DNA of 63,054 nucleotides, filler included. It is 11 parts of 11 records of this genome, joined end to end, with 100 filler letters (N's around TTAATTAATTAA, not from the genome) between each part and the next. Parts side by side here need not be neighbours in the genome. Positions count along the whole stretch, not along the records: positions 27,739 to 32,744 come from SRR31156797_107453; positions 32,845 to 38,604 come from SRR31156797_107800; positions 38,705 to 45,438 come from SRR31156797_107861; 8 more parts are not named here. The stretch is one strand, 5' to 3'. A model generated the notes under the pieces. That model searched no databases, had not been told where the DNA came from, and saw only the letters and a list, made by a program, of their open reading frames with translations. Below, piece after piece: positions 31,829-41,111 of this stretch. The position numbers and the translations under genes were made by a program. Position 1 is the stretch's first letter. Each line of letters begins with the position of its first letter.

Positions 31829-32695
31829 GTGAAAAAACTTAAAGTAGCGCTTATAGGTCCGGGAAATATCGGTTCCGACCTGATGTACAAAGTTTTAAGG
31901 AGTGAAAAACTTGAGATGACCATGATGGCCGGCATTGTTGCCAAAAGTGAAGGCTTGCGAAGGGCGGGAGACTTGGGAATCGAGACCACTGCCGAGGGGA
32001 TTGGACCCATACTTGAAAATCCAGAGATCAAACTCGTCTTCGATGCAACCGGGGCAAAGCCCCACATGGCTCACGCTCCGCTTCTGAAAAAAGCGGGAAA
32101 GATTGCCGTTGATCTGACGCCGGCAGCGCTGGGACCCTATGTTGTGCCTGCCGTCAATATGGATGGCAACCTCGACAAGGACAACATTAACCTCGTCACT
32201 TGCGGTGGACAGGCAACCATTCCTATCGTTGCCGCGGTCAACCGCGTCCAGACGGTTGCCTACGGGGAGATTGTCGCTACCATATCCAGCAAGAGCGCTG
32301 GACCCGGTACGCGCCAAAATATTGATGAGTTTACCGAGACCACTGCTAAAGCCGTTGAAATTGTAGGCGGGGCCAAGAAGGGAAAGGCCATAATTATCCT
32401 CAATCCTGCCGAACCGCCCATTATGATGAGAGATACCATTTACTGCCAGCTTGAGGAAGAGGGCGACCCGGATGCTATTGCTGCAAGTGTATTGAACATG
32501 GTTTCAGTGGTGCAGACCTATGTACCCGGTTACAAGCTGAAAGTGCCGCCAATCATTGAAGGGAAACAGGTTACGGCAATGGTTGAAGTGGAAGGTGCGG
32601 GTGATTTTCTGCCTGCATACGCAGGCAACCTCGACATAATGACCTCAGCTGCAGTGGGCGTGGCTGAGCGAATTTCGGAGCATATTTTTCACTAG
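31829..32695 (+). CDS. mhpF: acetaldehyde dehydrogenase (acylating)
   Basis: [50 protein letters not shown]. Confidence 0.93.
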   Translation: MKKLKVALIGPGNIGSDLMYKVLRSEKLEMTMMAGIVAKSEGLRRAGDLGIETTAEGIGPILENPEIKLVFDATGAKPHMAHAPLLKKAGKIAVDLTPAALGPYVVPAVNMDGNLDKDNINLVTCGGQATIPIVAAVNRVQTVAYGEIVATISSKSAGPGTRQNIDEFTETTAKAVEIVGGAKKGKAIIILNPAEPPIMMRDTIYCQLEEEGDPDAIAASVLNMVSVVQTYVPGYKLKVPPIIEGKQVTAMVEVEGAGDFLPAYAGNLDIMTSAAVGVAERISEHIFH

Positions 32696-32744
32696 TGTCC
32701 GTCCACGAATGAGTAAATTTGTTCGAGTTCAAGGAAGGCGAAAA
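32693..32744. mobile_element. left end of a probable MITE-like repeat overlapping the mhpF stop codon
   Basis: TAGTGTCCGTCC...GTTCAAGGAAGGCGAAA recalls a multicopy Desulfobacterales intergenic element (from memory). The assembly breaks inside it. Confidence 0.4.
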
Positions 32745-32844
32745 NNNNNNNNNNNNNNNNNNNNNNNNNNNNNNNNNNNNNNNNNNNNTTAATTAATTAA
32801 NNNNNNNNNNNNNNNNNNNNNNNNNNNNNNNNNNNNNNNNNNNN
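32745..32844. other. artificial contig spacer
   Basis: N44-TTAATTAATTAA-N44. Confidence 0.99.
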
Positions 32845-32885
32845 CAGGCCACAAGTCGCTGGGTCATTGCAGTAAAATCAGTCAT
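32845..32885 (-). CDS. N-terminal fragment of the next operon gene, possibly a corrinoid protein
   Basis: GAGG RBS then MTDFTAMTQRLVA. Only 13 codons; assignment rests on context and resemblance. Confidence 0.35.
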
Positions 32886-32927
32886 ATTTACCTCTTTCGT
32901 TTATAGTTAGGTGTTGCCAAAAGAATT

Positions 32928-33302
32928 TTACAGGCCGGCCACCACATCGATTTCCACATCCAGGCCGTCGTAGATTCCGGCCGAGGCCACGGTGATCCGG
33001 GCCGGGGGGGAGGTTTTAAAATACCCGGCATAGACCTGGTTCATCTCCTGGAAATGGTCCATGGATGACAGAAAAATGGTACACTTGAGAACATTTTCCA
33101 TGGTGGCCCCTGCGGCTGACAGGATGGCCTTGATATTTTCCATGCAGCGCCGGGTCTGGGCCGTTATGGTTTCCCTTTCATATTCCCCTTGGGGGTTGAT
33201 GCAGATCTGGCCGGATAAATAGAGCATATCCTTGTAACGGACCGCCTGTGAATACGGCCCCACAGCCTTGGGTGCCTTGTCGGTTGCAATGATGTCTTTC
33301 AT
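32928..33302 (-). CDS. RidA/YjgF family enamine-imine deaminase
   Basis: APKAVGPYSQA, LSGQI, MNQVY, PPAR, VEID. Confidence 0.93.
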   Translation of the reverse strand: MKDIIATDKAPKAVGPYSQAVRYKDMLYLSGQICINPQGEYERETITAQTRRCMENIKAILSAAGATMENVLKCTIFLSSMDHFQEMNQVYAGYFKTSPPARITVASAGIYDGLDVEIDVVAGL

Positions 33303-33319
33303 GGTTTTTCCTTTGTGGC

Positions 33320-34528
33320 CTAGCCCAGGGGAACCCTGGCGTATACCGCCGGATTTTTGGGGTTATAGTATTGGTCCATGGGCCCTTCATCTTTAAACCG
33401 CCGGGCGCAGCGGTCCATACTTTCCGGGTCCAGGGTGACGCCCAGACCCGGGCCTTCGGGAACGGAAACCCGGTTGTTCTTGCAGTTGAAAGGCCCGCCT
33501 TGAATCACATCTTCGGTCATGAATCGGAACAGGGACTGATGGGGCTCGCAGATATGGCGGGTGGCGGCGGACACCTGCAGATAGGCCGCCGTTGCAAGCC
33601 CTGTATCTCCGCTGTAGAACCAGAAGTCCAGGCCCATTTGTTCACAGGCCGCAACGAATTTCAAGGTTCGTGAAATTCCGCCCACGGCCGTCAGATTCAA
33701 AACAAAGGTATCCGGCACACCGATACGGGCGGCAAGTCCCAGATCGGGCGTATGGGTGGAAAAGGGGATGGCCGAGTGTTTGCGCAGTTTTTCCATGTCC
33801 CAGAAGCTGCCCACGGGATCTTCAAAATTTCTGATGTTAAAGGGGGCCAGCCCCGTGAGAAGTTCCCTGGCCGAGGAAAGGGTCCAGGCCATGTTGCCGT
33901 CCAGGCGGATCATGGCGTCCTCCCCCACAGCCTCCCGCACCGCCCGGGTCACCTGGATGTCCAGCCTGGGATCACCGGTGGAGCATTTGCCCTCAAAATA
34001 GGTGGACCCGTGTTCCTCCTGCATCCTGGCGCAGTAGTCGGCAATATCTGCAACGGTTTTCAGTCCGCCGGCAGTTCCCTTGAGGGGCCTGAAGGAATAG
34101 TATTCGGTAAAGGGGATTTCTTTTCGAACCGCACCGCCCAGGACCTTGTACAATGGCATGTTCCAGGCTTTTCCCCTGATGTCCCACAGGGCCATTTCAA
34201 TGCCGCCGAAGGCCTTGATGGGGGTGTTTCCGTCGGTATTGGCCAGGACCCGGGTCTCAGGCAGGCACCGCAGTTCGCAGTCCTCAATGTCAAAGGGGTC
34301 CGCACCCTTAAGCCGGTGGGCCATGTGGTCGTTGATTTCGGTCTCGCATTCCCAGGACGGGGCTTCACCCAGTCCCACAATTCCCTGGTCGGTAAAGACC
34401 TCCACTATCACCCGGGTAATACCGGTATATTCCCCCACAGACCAGGTGTAGGGGGCGTCAAATGGGATACTCACCGCAGTTGCTTTTATGCGTTCTATTT
34501 TCATATTAAACTCTTTTTTAGGGACCAT
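33320..34528 (-). CDS. mandelate racemase/muconate lactonizing enzyme family (enolase superfamily) protein
   Basis: TDQGIVGLGE, IEMALWDIRGK...PLYKVLGG, RLDGNMAW, FEDP, VPEGPGLGV. Confidence 0.9.
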   Translation of the reverse strand: MVPKKEFNMKIERIKATAVSIPFDAPYTWSVGEYTGITRVIVEVFTDQGIVGLGEAPSWECETEINDHMAHRLKGADPFDIEDCELRCLPETRVLANTDGNTPIKAFGGIEMALWDIRGKAWNMPLYKVLGGAVRKEIPFTEYYSFRPLKGTAGGLKTVADIADYCARMQEEHGSTYFEGKCSTGDPRLDIQVTRAVREAVGEDAMIRLDGNMAWTLSSARELLTGLAPFNIRNFEDPVGSFWDMEKLRKHSAIPFSTHTPDLGLAARIGVPDTFVLNLTAVGGISRTLKFVAACEQMGLDFWFYSGDTGLATAAYLQVSAATRHICEPHQSLFRFMTEDVIQGGPFNCKNNRVSVPEGPGLGVTLDPESMDRCARRFKDEGPMDQYYNPKNPAVYARVPLG

Positions 34529-34532
34529 GTCC

Positions 34533-35966
34533 TTATTTATAGGTATCGATATACCGGCTCAATTCGGCATCCAGTGCGGGGTCCAGGAGGGGCTTGCAGT
34601 CTGCCACCCGTTTCTGCCATTTTTCCCAGGCCGTATCGATGAGGTTGGGCCGCTGTTTTTCCCAGTCCTGGTAGGGCTGCCAGAATGACACCTCGGGTTT
34701 CCATATGTTCCTGCAGGCCTCAAAGGTGGATTTTTCCATGAGGTAATTCCCGCTGTGGGCAACGGCATTGATGGAATCGAAAACCGTATCCCGGTCCAGG
34801 CTGCCCAGGCCCGATGCCAGAACATTTGTCCGGCTTAAAAGTTCCTCGTCCATAATCCATTTTTCGTAGCTGGTGCTCATCAGCGAGTCCATGACGCCAA
34901 CGGTTTCATTGACCATCTGAACCCCTGACATGCTCAGGGTCAGGTAATTTTGGGCGGTTTCCATTCCCGCCTGGTAATCCGCCATCTTGGCTTCGGATAT
35001 ACCGGCCATGGCCCGGGCCGGCAGTTTGTAATACCGGGCAAGCTGCATAACGGCCATGTTCACCAGGCTGCCTTCGGGACCGGCCCCGATGCTGTTGGCC
35101 CAGCGCATATCAGAGGTCAGGCCGCCGCAGGAATAGATAAAGGGGGCACCGGGATTGACTGCCTGGCTCAGACAGAGTCCTGCCAGCACCTCTGCATTGA
35201 TCACCGCTGCCATGCCGTGCATATTCAAAGGACCTGTGAGTCCGGCCATGGGGGCGGACAGCACCATGGTGACCTGGTTGTTTTCGGCGTAGGCCATGAG
35301 GGCCTCGCAGGTCAAGGGATCATAACAGAGGGGGCTGACCGGGTTGGGGCTGTATGCGATGACGGAATTGTCCCTCAGGTATCCCCGGCCGTACACCAGT
35401 TCAAGCATGGCAAAAAGGCGTCTGGATTCTTCCATGTCCGTGGCCACCCCGATCAGGGGTTTATGGCTGTGGCGCATGAGGTGCTGGACCAGTTTGAGAT
35501 ACCGGGTTTTTTCGTCCACATCACTGGGTTCCACGGGAACGGCTCCGACCATGTCCATGACGGGGCTGGTTTCGCACAATTTGGTGATATTATCGAAATC
35601 CGCCAATGTGGCGTTCCGCTTATGCCCGTTTTTTTCAATGATAAATACCGTGCCGTTGCCCGGGCAGATAACGGGGCGTTTCTGGGTATCCCCTATGGGC
35701 AGGGGCTGACGCCCCCCCCTTGCCTGGAAGGTGAAATTTTTGGGCGCGGTTTCAAGGGCTTTTTCAACCATGGATTCATCAATGTAAACGATATTACCCG
35801 ATACCCTGGCACCATAGGCGGACAAGGCATCGCAGGCCCCGTCAAATTGAAAGAGAATGCCCTTTTTGGATAGAAGGTCCATGGTCAGCCCATGGAGTTG
35901 TTCAACATCGTTCTTTGAAATTACTTCCAGGGGGGATTTGAAAAAAATACTGGTATCATGTTCCAT
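34533..35966 (-). CDS. trimethylamine methyltransferase (MttB) superfamily protein, non-pyrrolysine
   Basis: NPVSPL, NAEVLAG, QAVNPGAP, DMR, GPE, SEAKMADYQAGME. Uninterrupted ORF with Ile at the position corresponding to Pyl. Confidence 0.9.
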   Translation of the reverse strand: MEHDTSIFFKSPLEVISKNDVEQLHGLTMDLLSKKGILFQFDGACDALSAYGARVSGNIVYIDESMVEKALETAPKNFTFQARGGRQPLPIGDTQKRPVICPGNGTVFIIEKNGHKRNATLADFDNITKLCETSPVMDMVGAVPVEPSDVDEKTRYLKLVQHLMRHSHKPLIGVATDMEESRRLFAMLELVYGRGYLRDNSVIAYSPNPVSPLCYDPLTCEALMAYAENNQVTMVLSAPMAGLTGPLNMHGMAAVINAEVLAGLCLSQAVNPGAPFIYSCGGLTSDMRWANSIGAGPEGSLVNMAVMQLARYYKLPARAMAGISEAKMADYQAGMETAQNYLTLSMSGVQMVNETVGVMDSLMSTSYEKWIMDEELLSRTNVLASGLGSLDRDTVFDSINAVAHSGNYLMEKSTFEACRNIWKPEVSFWQPYQDWEKQRPNLIDTAWEKWQKRVADCKPLLDPALDAELSRYIDTYK

Positions 35967-36073
35967 GATGGTTTTCTCCGGTTGCGGTTTTACCGCAGTG
36001 TTGTTCTTATTTTAATTTTTGCAGGCGTTCAGTACTGGCCGCCTTTGGTATAAAAGTTGAAATTTTGGGGAAT

Positions 36074-36108
36074 CATCCCCGGTTCCGGCAGGGCCGGAAC
36101 CGGGGATG
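36074..36108. terminator. 16-bp hairpin downstream of the BCCT gene
   Basis: CATCCCCGGTTCCGGC-AGG-GCCGGAACCGGGGATG. Confidence 0.55.
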
Positions 36109-36146
36109 GTTTATATTAATAAGGGGTATGAGGTGGCGGCTGACAA

Positions 36147-37760
36147 TCAGTTTGCTTTACCGGCCATCTCCGCTTCAAGTGTCTGCCGGATAAGCACTTT
36201 TTGTTCTTCTATTTCCGCAGCCCGTTTGTCTTTCTGCTCTTTTTCATATTCCCGTTTGATGACCTTGAACAGACTGAGCATCATAAAGAGCATGAGAAGG
36301 GAAATGGGAAGCCCTGCCAGAACCGCCATCATCTGATAGGTGGAAAGACCGCCGGCCAGGGTCATGACCACTGCCAGCCCGCCCATGAGAAGGCCCTGGA
36401 GATACCGGATGCCTGCAGGCGGCTCGGCCGATCCCCTGGACATCTGCATGGAGGCAAAGAAAGATGCCGAGTCGGCAGTGGTGACAATAAAGATGAACAC
36501 ACTTAAAAATACCAGCCAGCTGAAGGCGTATCCGCCGTCAAAAACGGACATGAGAAGATAGATGGATTCGCCGAAGTCGTGCTTGATGGAGGCCACCATG
36601 GGGGCCAGGTTATTGATCTCCGCCCATTGGCCGGCACCGCCGATAATGGAAAACCATACAATACTGACAAAGGTGGGAATAACGGTTACGCAGAGGACAA
36701 ATTCCCTCAGGGTTCTGCCCCGGGAGATTCTGGCCATAAATCCGCCGGAAAATGGTGCAAAGGCCGCCCAGAACATGTAATAGAAAACCGTCCACCATCC
36801 CAGCCATGCGCCGTTATTGGGATAATCCGTGAAAAAGCTCATGTAAACAATGTTCTGAAGATAGGTGCCGGTGGCCTGGGACATGCCGTTGAGCAGGGTG
36901 GCGGTGGGGCCGGAGAAAAGGATGAAAAACAGCCAGAGAAAACCGATATAGACACTGGCAGTCGACAGGTGTTTGATCCCTTTTTTGATCCCGCTGACTG
37001 CGGAGGCGATAAAACAGGCCGTGAGGATGAAGATGAAAATATACAGGGCCCAATTGGCAAGTTCGATCCCCATCAGGTGTTTAAAGGCGGCCTTGGTGCT
37101 TTGAATGCCCAGGCCGATAACCGTTGAAATACCCAGGATGGTGGAAGCGATGGTGACGATTTCAACCACCTTGAGGAATTTGGCATTCTTGTATTTTTCA
37201 CCCAGCAGGCCGTAAAGGCTGGTGGAGATGTTCAGGGGCAGGCCGTAGCGGTATGCCGGAAAGGCAATGGCCATGCCCACCAGGGCGAAAATTCCCCAGC
37301 TGTGAAATCCCCAGTGAAAGATTCCGATGGCCATGCCCACGGACTGGGCCGCCTGGGATCCGGATTCGGCTAAATAGGGGGTGTTCTGCCAGTGGAGCAA
37401 CGGCTCGCCAATGGTCCAATAGGCATACCCTGCACCGACCCCGACGGAAAAGAGCATGGCGATCCAGGAAAAGGTGCTGTATTCCGGCTTATCATCCGCT
37501 TTTCCCAATTTTAAATTACCGTATTTACTGAATGCTATAAAATATAGGAAGACCAGGATAATGGAAAACAGGTACATGAACAGCCAGCGGAACTGAACCG
37601 TTACCCAGCCATGCATTGCCCCCAATACCTTTTCAAAGGATTCCAGGTTGGTGGAGCCCCAGATAAGAATGGACGAGATAATGATCAGCGTTGACCAGAA
37701 TAGGACAGGATCAAAATTTTTACTGCTGAAATTATTTTTAATGGATCCGGTATCAGACAA
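36147..37760 (-). CDS. BCCT family (betaine/carnitine/choline) transporter
   Basis: KPEYSTFSWIAMLFS, FHWGFHSW, WWTVFYYMFWAAFAPFSGGFMARISRGRTLREF. TTG start with AGGAGG RBS. Confidence 0.95.
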   Translation of the reverse strand: MSDTGSIKNNFSSKNFDPVLFWSTLIIISSILIWGSTNLESFEKVLGAMHGWVTVQFRWLFMYLFSIILVFLYFIAFSKYGNLKLGKADDKPEYSTFSWIAMLFSVGVGAGYAYWTIGEPLLHWQNTPYLAESGSQAAQSVGMAIGIFHWGFHSWGIFALVGMAIAFPAYRYGLPLNISTSLYGLLGEKYKNAKFLKVVEIVTIASTILGISTVIGLGIQSTKAAFKHLMGIELANWALYIFIFILTACFIASAVSGIKKGIKHLSTASVYIGFLWLFFILFSGPTATLLNGMSQATGTYLQNIVYMSFFTDYPNNGAWLGWWTVFYYMFWAAFAPFSGGFMARISRGRTLREFVLCVTVIPTFVSIVWFSIIGGAGQWAEINNLAPMVASIKHDFGESIYLLMSVFDGGYAFSWLVFLSVFIFIVTTADSASFFASMQMSRGSAEPPAGIRYLQGLLMGGLAVVMTLAGGLSTYQMMAVLAGLPISLLMLFMMLSLFKVIKREYEKEQKDKRAAEIEEQKVLIRQTLEAEMAGKAN

Positions 37761-37911
37761 AACTACCTCCTAAAAATTGCGTATTTAAGGTTAAGATCTC
37801 TTGACCCATGGGAAAAATTGCCTTTGGCTGTAGAGATCCGTTTTTTTTGATTACACTATAAGGTGCTGCCGGAGATTGTAAAAAAAATTTCTATTTCCGG
37901 CATAACACGGT

Positions 37912-38604
37912 CTATTCAGCTAAATCCAACTCCCTGAGTTTTTCCCGGGTGGGCGCCCCTGTTTTGATATCCCAGCCGCAGGCCTCATAGTATTCGTCCA
38001 GCATATCATCATAGTTTTTGATGGTGCAGTTTTCTTCATCTTTAAAGGCACCCGATTCCGGCATGGTCAATACCCGTTGGGGCAGCATGTCGTCCTTGCG
38101 CCCCATGGATTCCCGCATATTGAACATCCGCTGCAGGTTGAGCACCCGTTCCCCCACCCGGATCAATTCCCGGGCATCCATATCCCAGCCGGTGGCCGCA
38201 CTGAGCATTTCGGCCCAGTGGTCCGGGGTGATGCCCGCATAGCACATGAATTTGCAGGTGGAAAGGACATCCGGCAGGATCTGCCCCTGCTGGAGAAGGG
38301 CCGTATCCCGGCCTTTGCCCTTTTCATCCCATTGATCCACCGTTTCGGGATCCCGGACCCCGAATTTTTTCATGCCGTAATCCATTTTTCCCTTGTCATA
38401 GGACATGCCGTCCACGGGATGGATGTGACACATGCCCCGGCTTGCGGTGCCGTACCCAAGTCCTAAGGTTTTGCTTGATCTCGGATCATGGGCCGCGCCT
38501 TCCAGGCCTTTGACATGGACGGCGAATTTTTCAGATCCGTTTTTGATTTTTTCGGCAGCCCCTTTGACGCCAAGGGCCAGTATATCCCCCAGTCCCTGTC
38601 TGAA
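37912..38604 (-). CDS. tungsten aldehyde:ferredoxin oxidoreductase family, C-terminal part
   Basis: Frame open to the contig edge: RQGLGDILALG, HVKGLE...HDPR, RGMCH, CKF, GERVLNLQRMFN, DDMLP, EYYEACGWD...PT. Confidence 0.92.
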   Translation of the reverse strand, partial: FRQGLGDILALGVKGAAEKIKNGSEKFAVHVKGLEGAAHDPRSSKTLGLGYGTASRGMCHIHPVDGMSYDKGKMDYGMKKFGVRDPETVDQWDEKGKGRDTALLQQGQILPDVLSTCKFMCYAGITPDHWAEMLSAATGWDMDARELIRVGERVLNLQRMFNMRESMGRKDDMLPQRVLTMPESGAFKDEENCTIKNYDDMLDEYYEACGWDIKTGAPTREKLRELDLAE

Positions 38605-38704
38605 NNNNNNNNNNNNNNNNNNNNNNNNNNNNNNNNNNNNNNNNNNNNTTAATTAATTAANNNNNNNNNNNNNNNNNNNNNNNNNNNNNNNNNNNNNNNN
38701 NNNN
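38605..38704. other. artificial contig spacer
   Basis: N44-TTAATTAATTAA-N44. Confidence 0.99.
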
Positions 38705-39029
38705 TAACACCAATGGATTTAACGCGGGTCTCATGGTCGCCCCTCCAGGTTTATGGATGAATGATGTTGTATATCCATCTCTATATCAAGAAGCATACCG
38801 GAATCTCATATTTATTGAAATATTAAATGTTTCAATATTTTAACCTGCATCTCCGAGATGTTGAATCGATTTTAAAACGACATGTTTGTCAGTCAAAAAA
38901 ATATCAGGCCACATTTTTGTATGATCAACGAAGGTTGGCATACTGCGAAATCCTGGAAATGAAGACTTTTTTGATCTAAGCCGGATATAGCTGTACGTTC
39001 CCGTTTTCTTCGCGGGCATAGCGGTTTTT

Positions 39030-39788
39030 TCACATCTGTTTGAAGAGGTAGCCATAAGTGCGGCTGGATGTGAGAATTGTGTCATGACTGTTCAGTTCAA
39101 TACGGTAACGTCCGGTATATGAGCGGGTAGCGTGTTTGATGTTGGTAACCTTAACAATTGTGGCACGATGAATACGCCAGAACTGTTCCGGATTGAGAGA
39201 TTCCGCCAATTGTTTGATACTGGTTCTGATCAGTTCTTCACCGGAAGATGTGACGACTCGGGTATACTTATCCTCAGACTGAAAATAGCAGATATCATCA
39301 ACACTGATGAATCGCACCCGATGGCCACTTCCGGCCTTGACCCATTGCAGGTATGAGGGAGACGGCATTATCCCGTTACGGGTGTGAAGTAACGCTTCCA
39401 GAACGGTTGCGGGCAGGATACTGTTTTTACGAAGGTCTTTCTTTAGACGCGCCACGGTCTTTGCAAGTCTTTCAGCCGTGACCGGTTTGAGCAGATAATC
39501 CACGGCCTGTTTTTCAAAGGCTTCAATGGCATATTCATCATGGGCGGTAACAAAGACAATCCGGCAAGCGTCGCCGATCTTTGCCGCCGTCTCCAGACCT
39601 GTTTTTTCAGGCATGCGGATATCCAGAAAAACAATATCCGGCCGCAATTTTTCAGCCAGCCGCACCGCCTGGTTACCATCTCCGGCGGTGGCAATAATCG
39701 ACAATTCCGGCCACTGCTCCGCCAGCATATCTCGCAGATTTTCGCACAAGACCGGCTCGTCATCAACTATAATGGCGGTAATTCCCAT
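39030..39788 (-). CDS. LytTR family response regulator
   Basis: VDDE, FLDIRMP, FVTAHDEYA, YLLKP, FWRIHRATIV. Confidence 0.95.
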   Translation of the reverse strand: MGITAIIVDDEPVLCENLRDMLAEQWPELSIIATAGDGNQAVRLAEKLRPDIVFLDIRMPEKTGLETAAKIGDACRIVFVTAHDEYAIEAFEKQAVDYLLKPVTAERLAKTVARLKKDLRKNSILPATVLEALLHTRNGIMPSPSYLQWVKAGSGHRVRFISVDDICYFQSEDKYTRVVTSSGEELIRTSIKQLAESLNPEQFWRIHRATIVKVTNIKHATRSYTGRYRIELNSHDTILTSSRTYGYLFKQM

Positions 39789-40816
39789 GGTATTTCAATT
39801 ATGATCCTCAATCCGGTGGGTTGATTGGCTTCCATGTACATGGTTGCCGCTCCGCTATAATATAGGGCGAGACGCTCCTTGACATTGGCGAGTCCTACCC
39901 CCTGTTTTTCCTTGAGATCAAGCCCGATGCCGGTGTCGGACACTTCTAATTGTATGGTGCTCCCAATGCGTCCGGCAGTGATCAGGATTTCACCCCCTTC
40001 CGCTTTCGGCGCCAGGCCGTGCAGGATGGAATTTTCCACCAGGGGCTGAATCAGCATGGGCGGTACGGATACGTCGTGGAGGCTATGGTCCGCCTCAATC
40101 CGGTAACAGAGACGTTTCCCCATTCTGATTTGGAAAATCTCAAGATAGGCCCGTATTGCAGTCAGTTCCTCTTTCAGCGTTATGCTGGTCTTCCGGCTTT
40201 TTTTTAAGCCTGTGCGCAGGTAACAGGTCAGATTATTCAGCATAGCCCCGGCTGTTGCGCCGTCTTTTTTCTGCAACCCCTCGATATTGGCAAGGGTGTT
40301 AAAAAGAAAATGAGGTTCAATCCGGGCTTGCAGGAGTTTTAAGCGTGATTGCAATGCTTCTTTTTCATTTCCCAGCGCCTTTATCTGTTCTTTCTGAAGC
40401 TTGAACCGGGTGTCACTGAGTTTATGCCTGATAATAAAAAACGTGCTGACGGGTATCGTTAAACTGACGCCCAGAAAAAGTGCTTTCCACACGGAGCTGA
40501 GATGATAAGAGTTGTCGGAAAAAACATGGAATAAAAAAATGACGATCAGGATGCCGCAGACAAGACCGGCGCCGACCGTGACATATAAATACCCATAACG
40601 GCGTGGCCGCACAATGAAAAGTGCCAGATTAATAGAGGTACAGATGGACAGGCCCATTGCGAGACTGAGGATAATATGATCACATAATGATCCGTTTAAG
40701 ATAAACGTATGCAGAAAAAAGCCGATAAAGAGGCTGACAAAAACGGAAATTATCAGTGCCTTGAAGAATCTGCCGGGAGAAGCAAATATTTGGGGATCAA
40801 GTGTCTGATTATCCAT
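39767..40816 (-). CDS. LytS-family membrane histidine kinase
   Basis: Four TM segments, LQARIEPHFLFNTL, QPLVENSILHG, DTGIG, GVGLANV. Likely start ATG 40816. Confidence 0.93.
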   Translation of the reverse strand: MDNQTLDPQIFASPGRFFKALIISVFVSLFIGFFLHTFILNGSLCDHIILSLAMGLSICTSINLALFIVRPRRYGYLYVTVGAGLVCGILIVIFLFHVFSDNSYHLSSVWKALFLGVSLTIPVSTFFIIRHKLSDTRFKLQKEQIKALGNEKEALQSRLKLLQARIEPHFLFNTLANIEGLQKKDGATAGAMLNNLTCYLRTGLKKSRKTSITLKEELTAIRAYLEIFQIRMGKRLCYRIEADHSLHDVSVPPMLIQPLVENSILHGLAPKAEGGEILITAGRIGSTIQLEVSDTGIGLDLKEKQGVGLANVKERLALYYSGAATMYMEANQPTGLRIIIEIPWELPPL

Positions 40817-41111
40817 GCACACAAAATGATAAGGAATCGTTTCCAGACTGGGGCGCCGGAAGGGATACTGACTGAAACTATGACAATATTCATTACAAAA
40901 CAGGCGGTGGGAAGTCAAGGATTATCGGGATAGCGGTTACACTTCAATCCCATTTATTTACACTTTATCGCATGGCTGTTGACAAAAGATCCGCCAAAGA
41001 GTACCAGAGGGCACTCTTTTTACTTGTAACCGGCACGGCTCGAAGTGTATTTGCCCTCATCTTGAACCACAGGCGGCTGGAACGCCGGAATACGGCCGCA
41101 AGGAGATAAAC

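Noticed and set aside
34533-35966. Possible pyrrolysine recoding in the MttB homolog
   Set aside because: No in-frame TAG; Ile occupies the equivalent position.
38840-39020. Possible LytTR direct-repeat binding sites downstream of the regulator
   Set aside because: Could not find a convincing repeat pair at the expected spacing by eye.
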